DNA of 64,000 nt from NCBI RefSeq assembly GCF_009914755.1, contig NC_060937.1; one strand, 5' to 3'. The position numbers and the translations under genes are program-made. The notes beneath the pieces were generated by a model. The model worked only from the letters and a program-made list of their open reading frames with translations. It was not told where the DNA came from and made no database searches. Source of the DNA: the human T2T-CHM13v2.0 reference genome, Homo sapiens. How positions within the stretch are numbered: the first letter of the stretch is position 1; the number at the start of each line of letters is the position of its first letter. Shown in pieces: positions 50,812 through 61,808 of the stretch.

Positions 50812-51960
50812 TGTGGGTGAGCACGTGTGTGAGGGGTGCACGTGTGTGAGGGGTGCACGTGTGTGAGGGGTGCACGTGTGTGAGGGGTGCATGTGTGTGA
50901 AGAGAGCACGTGTGTGAGGGGTGCATCAGTGTGGGTGTGCACGTGTGTGAGGGGTGCACATGTATGAGGGGTGCACGTGTGTGAGGGGTGCACGTGTGAG
51001 GGGTGAGCACGTGTGTGAGGGGAGCACGTGTGTGAGGGGTGCACGTGTGTGAGGGGAGCACGTGTGTGAGGGATGCACATGTGTGAGGGGTGCACGTGTG
51101 TGAGGGGTGCACGTGTGAGAGGGGTGCACGTGTGTGAGGGGTGCATGTGTGTGGGGGTGCACGTGTGTGAGGGATGCATGTGTGTGAGGAGAGCACGTGT
51201 GTGAGGGATGCATGTGTGTGAGGAGAGCACGTGTGTGAGGGGTGCACGTGTGTGACAGATGCATGTGTGTGAGGAGAGCACGTGTGTGAGGGGTGCACGT
51301 GTGTGAGGGGAGCACGTGTGTGAGGGGAGCACGTCTGTGAGGGGTGCATGCAATGCTCCTGTATGCACATCTGTGGGTGAGCACGTGCGTGAGGGGTGCA
51401 CATCTGTGGGTGAGCACGTGCGTGAGGGGTGCACATCTGTGGGTGAGCATGTGCGTGAGGGGTGCACATGTGTGAGGGGAGCACGTGTGTGAGGGGTGCA
51501 TGCAATGCTTCTGTATGCACATCTGTGGGTGAGCACGTGTGTGAGGGGTGCACGTGTCTGAGGGGTGCATGTGTGTGAGGGGTGCACGTGTGTGAGGGAT
51601 GCACGTGTGTGAGGGGTGCATGTGTGTGAGGGGTGCACGTGTGTGAGGGATGCATGTGTGTGAGGAGAGCACGTGTGTGAGGGGTGCACGTGTGTGAGGG
51701 ATGCACGTGTGTGAGAGCACGTGTGTGAGGAGAGCACGTGTGTGAGGGGTGCATGTGTGTGAGGGGTGCACGTGTGTGAGGGGTGCATGCAATGCTCCTG
51801 TATGCACATCTGTGGGTGAGCACGTGTGTGAGGGGTGCACGTGTGTGAGGGGTGCATGCACACACACCTGTAAGCATGTGTGTGAGGGGTGCACGTGTGA
51901 GGGGTGCATGCACACGCACCTGTGTGCACATGTGGATGTTGCCGTGTGCACGTGTGCACA
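50812..51960. repeat. Minisatellite, ~17-19-bp unit GTGCACGTGTGTGAGGG(G), with interspersed longer variant blocks
   Basis: Direct inspection; explains the His/Thr/Pro-rich ORFs. Confidence 0.96.
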
Positions 51961-53426
51961 CCAAGTGTCCGTGAGTGCACGGGAACAGCCGTTTAGAAGT
52001 GCCTTAATCTTCCTGAGCACAATAGTAGCTCACCTCTGCAAGGAGGCTGAAAATTCTCATTATGAGTCTCATAAATACGTGGCCACGTTCATGGGTTTGT
52101 CTTATTTATCCCTTACTCTATAATAACTTGGAAGGCACAGCCAATATTTCCCTTATATCCTGGGACAGCCCCAGTTCATGGCTCCCGACGACTGCAGCTG
52201 CCTCCTGGGAACCCCAGGGGGGCAAACTCAGGCCCACCCCCGCCTGTGTGACTCAAACCCCTCAGCCAAGTGCCTGTGGGAGGACATTTTAGTGGGTGGG
52301 GAAGCTTCTGAAAAATCACTTTACTCTAACTAATATTTGTAATTAACACATCAAGTAAAACTAAAAGCTTTTGCCTTGCCGTTGTTGCCTTTTGGTGGGT
52401 GACCTCAAAAAGTCATCCATCTCACACTGACTCTATCACATCCCAACTCTAGCCCCAAATCCTAATAAACACACCAGTTAAGAATGCACGGCACATTTTT
52501 ACAAGCCTCACAACTTTCTGATTAGATGCATAGAAATGTCCCAAATATTTCTGAAATATTTTATTTGAAAACCGATGTCACCGCCACTTTTAAGCCATAG
52601 GCATTACACTAAAATCTGGACTAGCGTCTAAGCAAGTGGTAGCTTTTGAGCTCCGCACACTCACTGTGACCATCCACAAATCTATGATGAATTATTAACC
52701 AGACCAGGCTAGCCCACTGCCTGGCCTTCTCTGCTGAAAGTCAGCAGCTGTATCCTGCCTGAAAAACACCAGCATTCTTGTGTTCATAAAACCCGCTGGT
52801 TCCAGTGCAGCTACCCAGAGGGAAGCCTTGGGTGTGGGCAGCGACAGGGGTGTGGGTGCCACCATGGGGTCCCCCAGAAGGAAACCAGGGGAGCACAGAA
52901 CTAAATGGTCACCCATGACAATGAATCGTGATCTGGTGGGAAGAAATCAAAGTGCTTTTATTTGGAGATGACATTGGCTGCCTGCCCCTCCCTCTCCACC
53001 CCCCACTTTCCTCCTGACCCACCCACCCCAGCTCTTTTCCCCGGCCTGGGAAGGGCACATGGAGGGCAGAAAGGGCTTCCCTAAAGAAAACACAGAAATA
53101 CACTTTATAAAGCAAAATAAACTTAAAAAAAGGCACTTAGCAAAAATGTAGTGAGAAGTGTTTTTTCCTTTCCAGTCTTTCATTTTCACTCAGCATTTCC
53201 ATAAACACATTCTTGGGTCCAAATGCTGAGAAACTCTTTCTCTAAATACTGGAGGAGCGCTAAATGGAGCAGGAAATGATGGAGAGAGAAAGGAATGCCA
53301 CTGATTCCAGACGGATGGGACCAGCTGGGGAATTCAGGAAGCGGTACGGAGGTCCCGGAGACAACTGCTCACGCCTCTGAGGGGCCGATCGCTCAGGATC
53401 CCCCAGCAGCAGCGAGAGAACCAGCA

Positions 53427-54597
53427 GGGCCCCCCTCCCCTCTCCAGCCAGGCGTCGATCAGTGCCCCCCTCCCCTCTCCAGCCAGGCGTCGATCAGGGC
53501 CCCTCCCTCTCTCCAGCCAGGTGTCGATCAGGGCCCCTCCCTCTCTCCAGCCAGGCGTCGATCAGGGCCCCTCCCTCTCTCCAGCCAGGCGTCGATCAGG
53601 GCCCCCCCTCCTCTCTCCAGCCAGGCGTCGATCAAGTCCCCCCCTTCTCTCCAGCCAGACGTCGATCAGGGCCCCCCCTCCTCTCTCCAGCCAGACGTCG
53701 GTCAGGGCCCCTCCCTCTCTCCAGCCAGGCGTCGATCAGGGCCCCTCCCTCTCTCCAGCCAGGCGTCGATCAGGGCCCCTCCCTCTCTCCAGCCAGACGT
53801 CGATCAGGGCCCCCCCTCCTCTCTCCAGCCAGGCGTCGATCAAGTCCCCCCCTTCTCTCCAGCCAGACGTCGATCAGGGCCCCCCCTCCTCTCTCCAGCC
53901 AGACGTCGGTCAGGGCCCCTCCCTCTCTCCAGCCAGGCGTCGATCAGGGCCCCTCCCTCTCTCCAGCCAGGCGTCGATCAGGGCCCCCCCTTCTCTCCAG
54001 CCAGGCGTCGATCAGGGCCCCTCCCTCTCTCCAGCCAGGCGTCGATCAGGGCCCCCCTCCCCTCTCCAGCCAGGCGTCGATCAGTGCCCCCCTCCCCTCT
54101 CCAGCCAGGCGTCGATCAGTGCCCCCCTCCCCTCTCCAGCCAGGCGTCGATCAGGGCCCCTCCCTCTCTCCAGCCAGGCGTCGATCAAGTCCCCCCCTTC
54201 TCTCCAGCCAGGCGTCGATCAGGGCCCCTCCCTCTCTCCAGCCAGGCGTCGATCAAGTCCCCCCCTTCTCTCCAGCCAGACGTCGATCAGGGCCCCCCTC
54301 CCCTCTCCAGCCAGGCGTCGATCAGGGCCCCTCCCTCTCTCCAGCCAGGCGTCGATCAGGGCCCCCCTCCCCTCTCCAGCCAGGCGTCGATCAGGGCCCT
54401 CCCTCCTCTCTCCAGCCAGGCGTCGATCAGGGCCCCTCCCTCTCTCCAGCCAGGCGTCGATCAGGGCCCCCCCCTCCTCTCTCCAGCCAGACGTCGGTCA
54501 GGGCCCCTCCCTCTCTCCAGCCAGGCGTCGATCAGGGCCCTCCCTCCTCTCTCCAGCCAGACGTCGGTCAGGGCCCCTCCCTCTCTCCAGCCAGGCA
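53427..54597. repeat. VNTR, ~35-39-bp unit GGGCCCCTCCCTCTCTCCAGCCAGGCGTCGATCA, ~32 copies
   Basis: Direct inspection; the C-tract length varies between units. Confidence 0.97.
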
Positions 54598-56681
54598 TCA
54601 ATGCCGTTCAAGGGGTCTGGACCAACAAGCCCTGGTGGAGAACAATCCCCACAGAGAAACTCCGTGTGACCCTGCCCCACAGATAACACGGAAAGGGACT
54701 TTTCATGGTCAGAACCTACTGATCTAGAAGTGATCAAACACTCTCTTCTCCTGACTTCCTGTCACCAGGCACGGGTGAGGAGGAACACCAGCAATTTCTT
54801 ACTAATTATGGCTCAAGCACCAATGTTTGTCCACCGTTTTCTTCTCACACAGATCTAAGAGGATCAAGATGATTCCCAGAGTAACATCTGTCTCATTTGA
54901 ATTCCAGTGTGCTTCCCCGAGTGGCACAGCCGAGCTAGTCTTGGGCTCTGGAACAGTCCAAAGACTGGGGACTCCCCTGTAACATGCAGCCACCTAAGAG
55001 AACAGGTCAGTGACAAGTAGGGGGAAAAGCTATTAGGAAAAAGAACAAGTTGTGGGCCTAAAAACAAGATGTTTCTTATACAAATACAAAATACTAGAAA
55101 ATTGCACAGCAGTTGCCAGAAAAGATCCCAAGTTGTGGAAAGTAGAAAGGCAGGTGCATCCCAGCACTGCGGCCGGGGGCAGGAGGCCACCCGCGGGGCA
55201 TTCGGACCCCCGTGCCCCAAACACATCCCGCCGAGCCTCCTGGGACCAGGCCCCTGAGAGCCACGGGGCTGTCTGGAGAGTGTCCCCAGCCTCAGCCATG
55301 TGGGGTAGAATAAAAATGATTAAGAACTGCTTGAGAAGTTTTAAACTGCATGCAGCCTACTCAGCACAGATTGGCCCGTGTCTTCTGCCACGGATCTCGG
55401 CTAAAGGAAAAGCCAACAGAAGCCCACCGGAGCCTCCCTTACCTCCACCCAACACTGCACATCAAGCCGTGCAACCCTGCCCCAAACGGTCCCAGGGTCA
55501 TGGGTGTGCATACATGTGCATGTGTGCAAGCATGTCACAAGAGGAGACCTCCGAGGAACATAAGGATGCGGACTCCTCCCTCAGCCTGAACCTCTGTCTC
55601 TCAGGCACAGCTCGACCTTTGACCTTCGGCTTCCCCAGAGAAAGACTTTGAACGCTTCACTCCTCTGTAGCCCTGAGGACGCGGGCGGCCAGACCAGTCC
55701 CTGAGTGCGGCACCATGGCCGTGTGAGTTTATGGCCCATTGCGCTAGCCCTGTACAGTGAATGAGATACTAGTTGTTTACAGCTGTGAGCATACACAGGC
55801 CCCCCGCCACACGCTCAGGAAGGAGCTTCTCGGAATCTCTCTCCTGCCTCGCACCATGCAGCCGGGCTAGCAGGTTTGTGGGCCGAGTGCAGGAGCCTGC
55901 TCCCACTGTCACTGCAGGTGACTGGCTGAGGGGCACACAGGGCCCAGAGGCTCCTACCTCCAGCCACCGCCCCTAAACTAATGAAGATTCCAGTCCGTGG
56001 GGCCCACCGCAAATCCCAGAATCTCAGCAGTCAGTCTTGGACATTAGTTGTCGGGGAGGGAGAGGATCTGGGAGGCCAGGCGTCCCTTCCAGGCTGCGCA
56101 GCCGGCCACGGCGGCAGAGCTTCCCCAGGCTGCTCCAGCCTTCAGGGCCCCTCCGCGGTCAGCCCCACCCCCGGCCAGCAAGGCTTCCTGAGAAGGCTGA
56201 GCTTGGCACCTACAGACTGGGGGGGATCTGGAATTCCCCAGAAAAGCCCTCATCCCAAAGCCCATGGGAAAACCAGCCCTGTTGGAGCATCCCACCCGGA
56301 CCTCGGAGGAGAGTCCGGCATGGCCAGTCCCCTGGGCTCTGCATGCAGATGGTTTTCCCAGAACCGGTTCCTCTTCCTGAATCTCTGCTAATGGCCCTGT
56401 CCATCAGTCTGACCCCAGCCTTGGAAACCCCCATGCAGCCTGGGCCAGAATGAAGTAGGCAACCAGAGGCTCAGGGTGCTTGGGGCCGAACCACCCCCAG
56501 CTCCACCACCTCCTTCCTGCCCCCGAGCCGTGCCTTCCCCCGCTGGGTGGGCTTGCTCTGCATCTGGGAGCACCTGGGCCCGGGGGTGCAGGTGGGTTCG
56601 CCCCTGCCCATTGGAGGGAAATGTTCTGACATGGAAGCAGAGGGCACAGCATTCAGGAGAACCAGTGGGGCCTCCACACAG

Positions 56682-56768
56682 GGGGACGCAGCTAGGAAGG
56701 GGGTCTCCGGCCGGTCGGCCCCGAGTGAGGGACGCAGCTAGGAAGGGGGTCTCCGGCAGGTCGGCCCC
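56682..56768. repeat. Two-copy ~47-bp tandem duplication
   Basis: gggacgcagctaggaagggggtctccggc.ggtcggcccc occurs twice. Confidence 0.85.
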
Positions 56769-59206
56769 AGCCCTGACTCCAGGCCTGTGCATCTCACTGC
56801 TGCCCAAAGCAAGGACCACTGGCTGCCATGACAGCTGCCACAGTGCTGAGCAGGCCCAGCCAACGCTGCATGAGAAAGGGCTCTAGGAAGGAAAAGGCCG
56901 CGGCAGCACCCAGCCTCCTTTCTGAGGAAGCGATTCCACGAGCCACAAAAGCGCCTGGGCTGTGGTCATCAGAGTCCACCACAAGACAACCTTCCTGGGT
57001 CCCTACACCCTGGACACACCTTCGGTGCGCGCCCGGCATGGAGACGCTCCTGCTGCCGGCGTGGCTTTGGGGACAGCACTTTGCTCCTGGAGCCTCAGAG
57101 GAGGGGGGCAGGAAACATGTGTCCTGCACAGTCACCACCGGACGCCGAGGTGGCCGCCCCAGCAGGGGCCATGGGCTGAGGCTGGTCCTCAGGCTCCCAG
57201 AGCAATGGCTGCTCTGGGGAAGAGAAAACACAGAAGTGACAAGATCAAGGCAAACTAGCTGCTCCAGCACCTCGAGGGTTTGGAACCAAAACAAGAAATC
57301 TCCAGAGCTGAAAAGAAGAGTGAAACCTTTTCCTTCAGAAGGAACACAGCTAAAGAGAAGATTTAGGGGTGCACGCAAGGGCCCTCAGGTACTCTGTGCA
57401 GCCCCTCAAAGCAGGGAAAAGGCCAGGAATGAAACCTAACGCAGAAATGGGAACTGGCTCCAACGCCACACGAACAGCCAGCCTGGGTCTATCGCGCCCA
57501 GTTCAGACCCGGGCTGCAGCTTGGAGACGATGACGTCCAAAAACCAAGCTCCAGGAAGACACAACAACAATCACCCTTAGGCTTTGTCAGGCATCCCAGA
57601 GAATCCTCCGTCCTACCCTGGGCACGCCATGCGCACCAGGCAGGGAGGGTGGCTCTCAGCAAGGGGCTGAGGACTCTGGCCCATCCTGGGGCGAGGGAGG
57701 CACCCACGGGGTGGGCCATGCGGGGCTGGGAGCCACGGCCCCCATGCAGGTCCTAAGTGGACATCTGTCTGGTCGGTGGTCAGAAAAAGGATCCCCACGG
57801 TGTCTAGGAAAGACTCAGACCTCTTACCAACCTCTGGAATTTTATCCTATGGGCAGTCAGGGCCAAGACAGATGATTCTTTACAGGTTGGAAATTATTCG
57901 GATAACATAAAAGAAACAATGTAAAGAGGAAAGAACAGGTGCAGGAGTCGTTCCTCGATCAATTCCAGGTCAAGGCACCGGTTTCGGTCCCCAGTGCGGC
58001 TCCTGTCTCCTGACCCAGCCCCCCGGCCCAGCCCCCAGAAGCCCGGCACGGTGTCTCTCGGGACCCAGGACACGCAGGTCAGCGCTGCAGCCGTTACTGG
58101 CTGTGTTGTGATACCAGCAGGGCACTGACTGTCCCCAGAAGGAACAAAACTGAGACTTAAATTTGGGTGATTGTTCCAAATGTGGGATTCAAGCTTATTT
58201 GAAAACGAAAACTAAGAATGCCAAATTTCAGGGTGGCTAGAGCTACAGCCCCAGGAATCCAGCCCTGTCTGCAGAAACACACCTAATATTTTCAGACACT
58301 CATAGAACAAGGAACTACTATTTTTGAGAAAATACTCACAGAAAAACAAAATCTCCCAGACACTCTGATGCCGTTTGACCAATAACCCATGGGGAAACTC
58401 ACTTCCGGGGATCCAGGCCCGACGAGGGCGTTCCCGGGCACCTCGGTGACTCTGAAACTCGTATCTACAGCAAAGCTTGAACGTTTGTAACTGTTCACTT
58501 TGGACTCTGCGTCACACCCAGAGAGACCCTGAACCATCTGTCACAGGTGACGTAACCCTCAGTTCCCCTTCACCTGTGCCAGAGCCTCCCAGACACAAAG
58601 GCTGGAGCCCCAAAACCTGTCAGGGGCCTCTCAGGGGCCAGCCACAACTCACTCCGCCTGTCACTGCTGGACGCCCGCTGCGGCCTGACGGAGCCGCTCC
58701 TTCACCTGTCCACATGCATTTCCCACACAGCACATTGTCTTGAATGAAGGCAAGTTATTTTCTTTCTCGGCCTTGGCGTCCTCCACAGCCGACACTGTTC
58801 TTGCAATCTGTGAAGGGATGATTTCTAAGCTCCGCCTTTGTTCTTCACTCACTCACCCACCGTATACATAGTTGCACATTGATGCATAATAGACATATAC
58901 TTGCTGCTACGGAAGGCCTTGTATTCCTGTCTCTCTTCCTACCACAGCACTCCTGCCATCCCACAGGTAATCCAATTAGCAGGCTGTGTGGGTCTTATCC
59001 CTGATCTGTGCACACTCATCTGATCTGTGTTTATCATTCTTCTAGGGGGTGGTGTTGGGCGCTCTCATTTTGCTTCTTTTGAATCTTATGCCGTGGAACT
59101 TCCTGCGAGTCATGTGGTTTGGCCTGGGCTTAATATGTTCCTTGAAAGCCACAGAGCAGCCCACATGTGGATGCACATGACATAATCACCGTTTCAGTTG
59201 GCGATT

Positions 59207-59600
59207 ACTCATTGGGCTGTTCTTGCATTGCTATAAAGAAACACCTGAGACTGGGTAATTCAAAATAAACGAGGTTTATTGGTCACGGTGCTGCAAGCCG
59301 TACAGGAAGTATGGAGGCATCTGCTTCTGGGGAGGCCTCGGGAAGCTTCCAGTCATGGCAGAAGGTGAAGGGGGAGCAGGTGTCTCACACGGCGAGAGCG
59401 GGGGCAAGAGCGCGAGGTGGGAGGTGTGCCACCGGATCTCACGAGAACTCACTCACTATCGTGAGAACAGCACCAAGGGGATAGCGCTGAGCTGTTCATA
59501 TAAATCCACCCTCAAGATCCAGTCGCTTCCCACCAGGCCCCACTTCCAACGACGGGGTGACAGTTCGACAGGAGATTGGTGGGGAGACCCCAACTCCTCA
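59207..59600 (-). mobile_element. MaLR solo LTR (MSTA-like)
   Basis: ctgttcttgcattgctataaagaaacacctgagactgggtaatt...catctgcttctggggaggcctc..ggaagctt..catggcagaaggtgaagggggagcagg...cccaccaggccccac. Confidence 0.88.
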
Positions 59601-59832
59601 ACATTGCTTCTACTGTTTGCTATTTGCTCACTCAGCCACTGGCCACAGGTGCTGCTGCAGTAGACACGTCTGTTCATCGCCTTCACCTACGGTTCAAAGC
59701 TAGAAGCTCTGGTTGCACGGCAAGCCCCTCCTTTCCTGCGTGAACACAGACCCCTGCTCTGACCCGCGGCTGCGTAAGACGAGACGCGCTCAGTGAGCTG
59801 CCTCCCCGACCCCCACCACAGTTCCACAACGG

Positions 59833-60288
59833 CTGTCCAACCTCGCACCCTCCAGAGGTACCGGCACCTGCTGTCCAACCTCGCACCCTCCAGAGGTACC
59901 GGCACCTGCTGCCCAACCTCGCACCCTCCAGAGGTACCGGCACCTGCTGCCCAACCTCGCACCCTCCAGAGGTACCGGCACCTGCTGCCCAACCTCGCAC
60001 CCTCCAGAGGTACCGGCACCTGCTGCCCAACCTCGCACCCTCCAGAGGTACCGGCACCTGCTGCCCAACCTCGCACCCTCCAGAGGTACCGGCACCTGCT
60101 GCCCAACCTCGCACCCTCCAGAGGTACCGGCACCTGCTGTCCAACCTCGCACCCTCCAGAGGTACCGGCACCTGCTGTCCAACCTCGCACCCTCCAGAGG
60201 TACCGGCACCTGCTGTCCAACCTCGCACCCTCCAGAGGTACCGGCACCTGCTGTCCAACCTCGCACCCTCCAGAGGTACCGGCACCTG
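59833..60288. repeat. VNTR, 38-bp unit CTGYCCAACCTCGCACCCTCCAGAGGTACCGGCACCTG, 12 copies
   Basis: Period 38, with a single variable position (T/C). Confidence 0.97.
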
Positions 60289-60473
60289 CGGGGCATGACA
60301 CCACATCCCCACGGGACCCCGTGTGGCCCCTTCTGTCAACCCATCGGCCAGAGGCCCATCCACACGTCCCACTGGCCCCTCCAGCTAACTTATCTGGGCC
60401 CCTCAAAGGCCAGGCCGTGCATCTCATAACACCAGCCCAACCCAAATGATTCCTTCCCTTCCTGAGACCTCAC

Positions 60474-60612
60474 TCTCTCTTCAGGGGCAAGTTCAAAGCT
60501 ACCCCTCCCAGACCCCCTCCAAGATGACAGCCAAAACCAAAGCCACCTCTCTCTTCAGGAGCAAGTTGAAAGCCATCCCTCCCAGACACCCAGATGACAG
60601 CCAAAACCAAAA
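60474..60612. repeat. Diverged two-copy ~70-bp tandem duplication
   Basis: tctctcttcagg.gcaagtt.aaagc...cctcccagac...agatgacagccaaaaccaaa occurs twice. Confidence 0.75.
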
Positions 60613-61671
60613 ACAAAAGCCACCTCTCCAGAGTGTGAGCTCTCCCGGATCTCAACACCCTCCTACTTATTAAAGTGTAGCTCTTTTTCAAATTATATAT
60701 TTGCTTACATAGAAGTCCAGTTCATTACAGACGAACAGATAGCTTCAAATTCTGCTAGAATAATACCTCCCATCTATGAAGATCTGAGCGGGGGAAGTGC
60801 CTGGTGCATCTAAGTCCCATTAATCTCTGCAAAAGAAGGCCTTGGCCTCCACTTTCACAAACCAAGAAACCAAGGCAGAGAGAGGTTAGGGGTCATCTAA
60901 AATCAAAGAATTGTCAAGAAACGTGGCCAGCACGCAGTCTCGGGTGTCTGATTCCAAGTGGGTTCGCTACGTCCACGTCTCCCCCGAGGGCCCCCAGGAG
61001 CTCTCCTCCTCACCAAGCCCCTCCCACCATCGCTCAGCAGCCTTCACTTTCAAAACCTTAGCAGCCATCACTTTGCTTGTGGCTGTTTCCAGCCAATACG
61101 TCCACCTCCTTTCTAAACACACACACGTCTATGTTTAAAACATGACGCGCCACCTGCAAACACGGTGCCACAGCCTCAGGGAGACGCCGCTCATCCACTC
61201 TGCGCCTGCGCGGTTCACACGCTCCTTAGCTCCAAATGCCTCATTTGCTTCCATTAGCTCCAAAGAAGCAAGTCAAAGTGTTTTCCACCAATGCCAGATT
61301 CCCTTCCAGGAATGACGCCCCCAGGGCTGCCTCCGGGGTCCACACTCTGCCCACCAGTCCAGCACCCTGGCTGAGTCCACCTGCCAGGCACCATTTGCTC
61401 ACACACCTGAAGGCTGGATGGGTGGCTGTGGCCCTGCTTAAAGGATCACCTCTGCATCTCCAAACTGTCTTCCCAGCACACCCTGTGTCTTGGGCCTCCC
61501 AGGCCACTGTCCACCCACACAGACCAGCAGCCCCTTCCTTCCTTCCCTGCCTGAACACTGCCTGCCTCGTGTCCCTAAGGTCACCAACAAGTCTCTCTGT
61601 TCTCCAGCCCTCCATGATTCCCCCCATTCCAATCCAAGATCACAGAGAAGAAACAGCTCTCCAAACTGACA

Positions 61672-61808
61672 GGCAGGCTGCAGTGGTGAGCACCTGTGTC
61701 CCAGCTACTCAGGAAGTTGAAGCAGGAAGATCCCTTGAGTCCTGGAGTTGGAGAGTTGGAGACCAGCCTGGGCAACACAGTGAGGCCCAGTCTCAAAGAA
61801 AAAAAAAT
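61672..61808 (+). mobile_element. FLAM (free left Alu monomer, FLAM_A-like)
   Basis: gtggtgagcacctgtgtcccagctactcaggaagttgaagcaggaagatcccttgag...gagaccagcctgggcaacacagtgagg...tctc plus A tail. Confidence 0.85.

Noticed and set aside
50768-54727. His-rich and Pro/Ser-rich ORFs of 360-460 aa
   Set aside because: All three frames are open over tandem repeats, an artefact of stop-free units.
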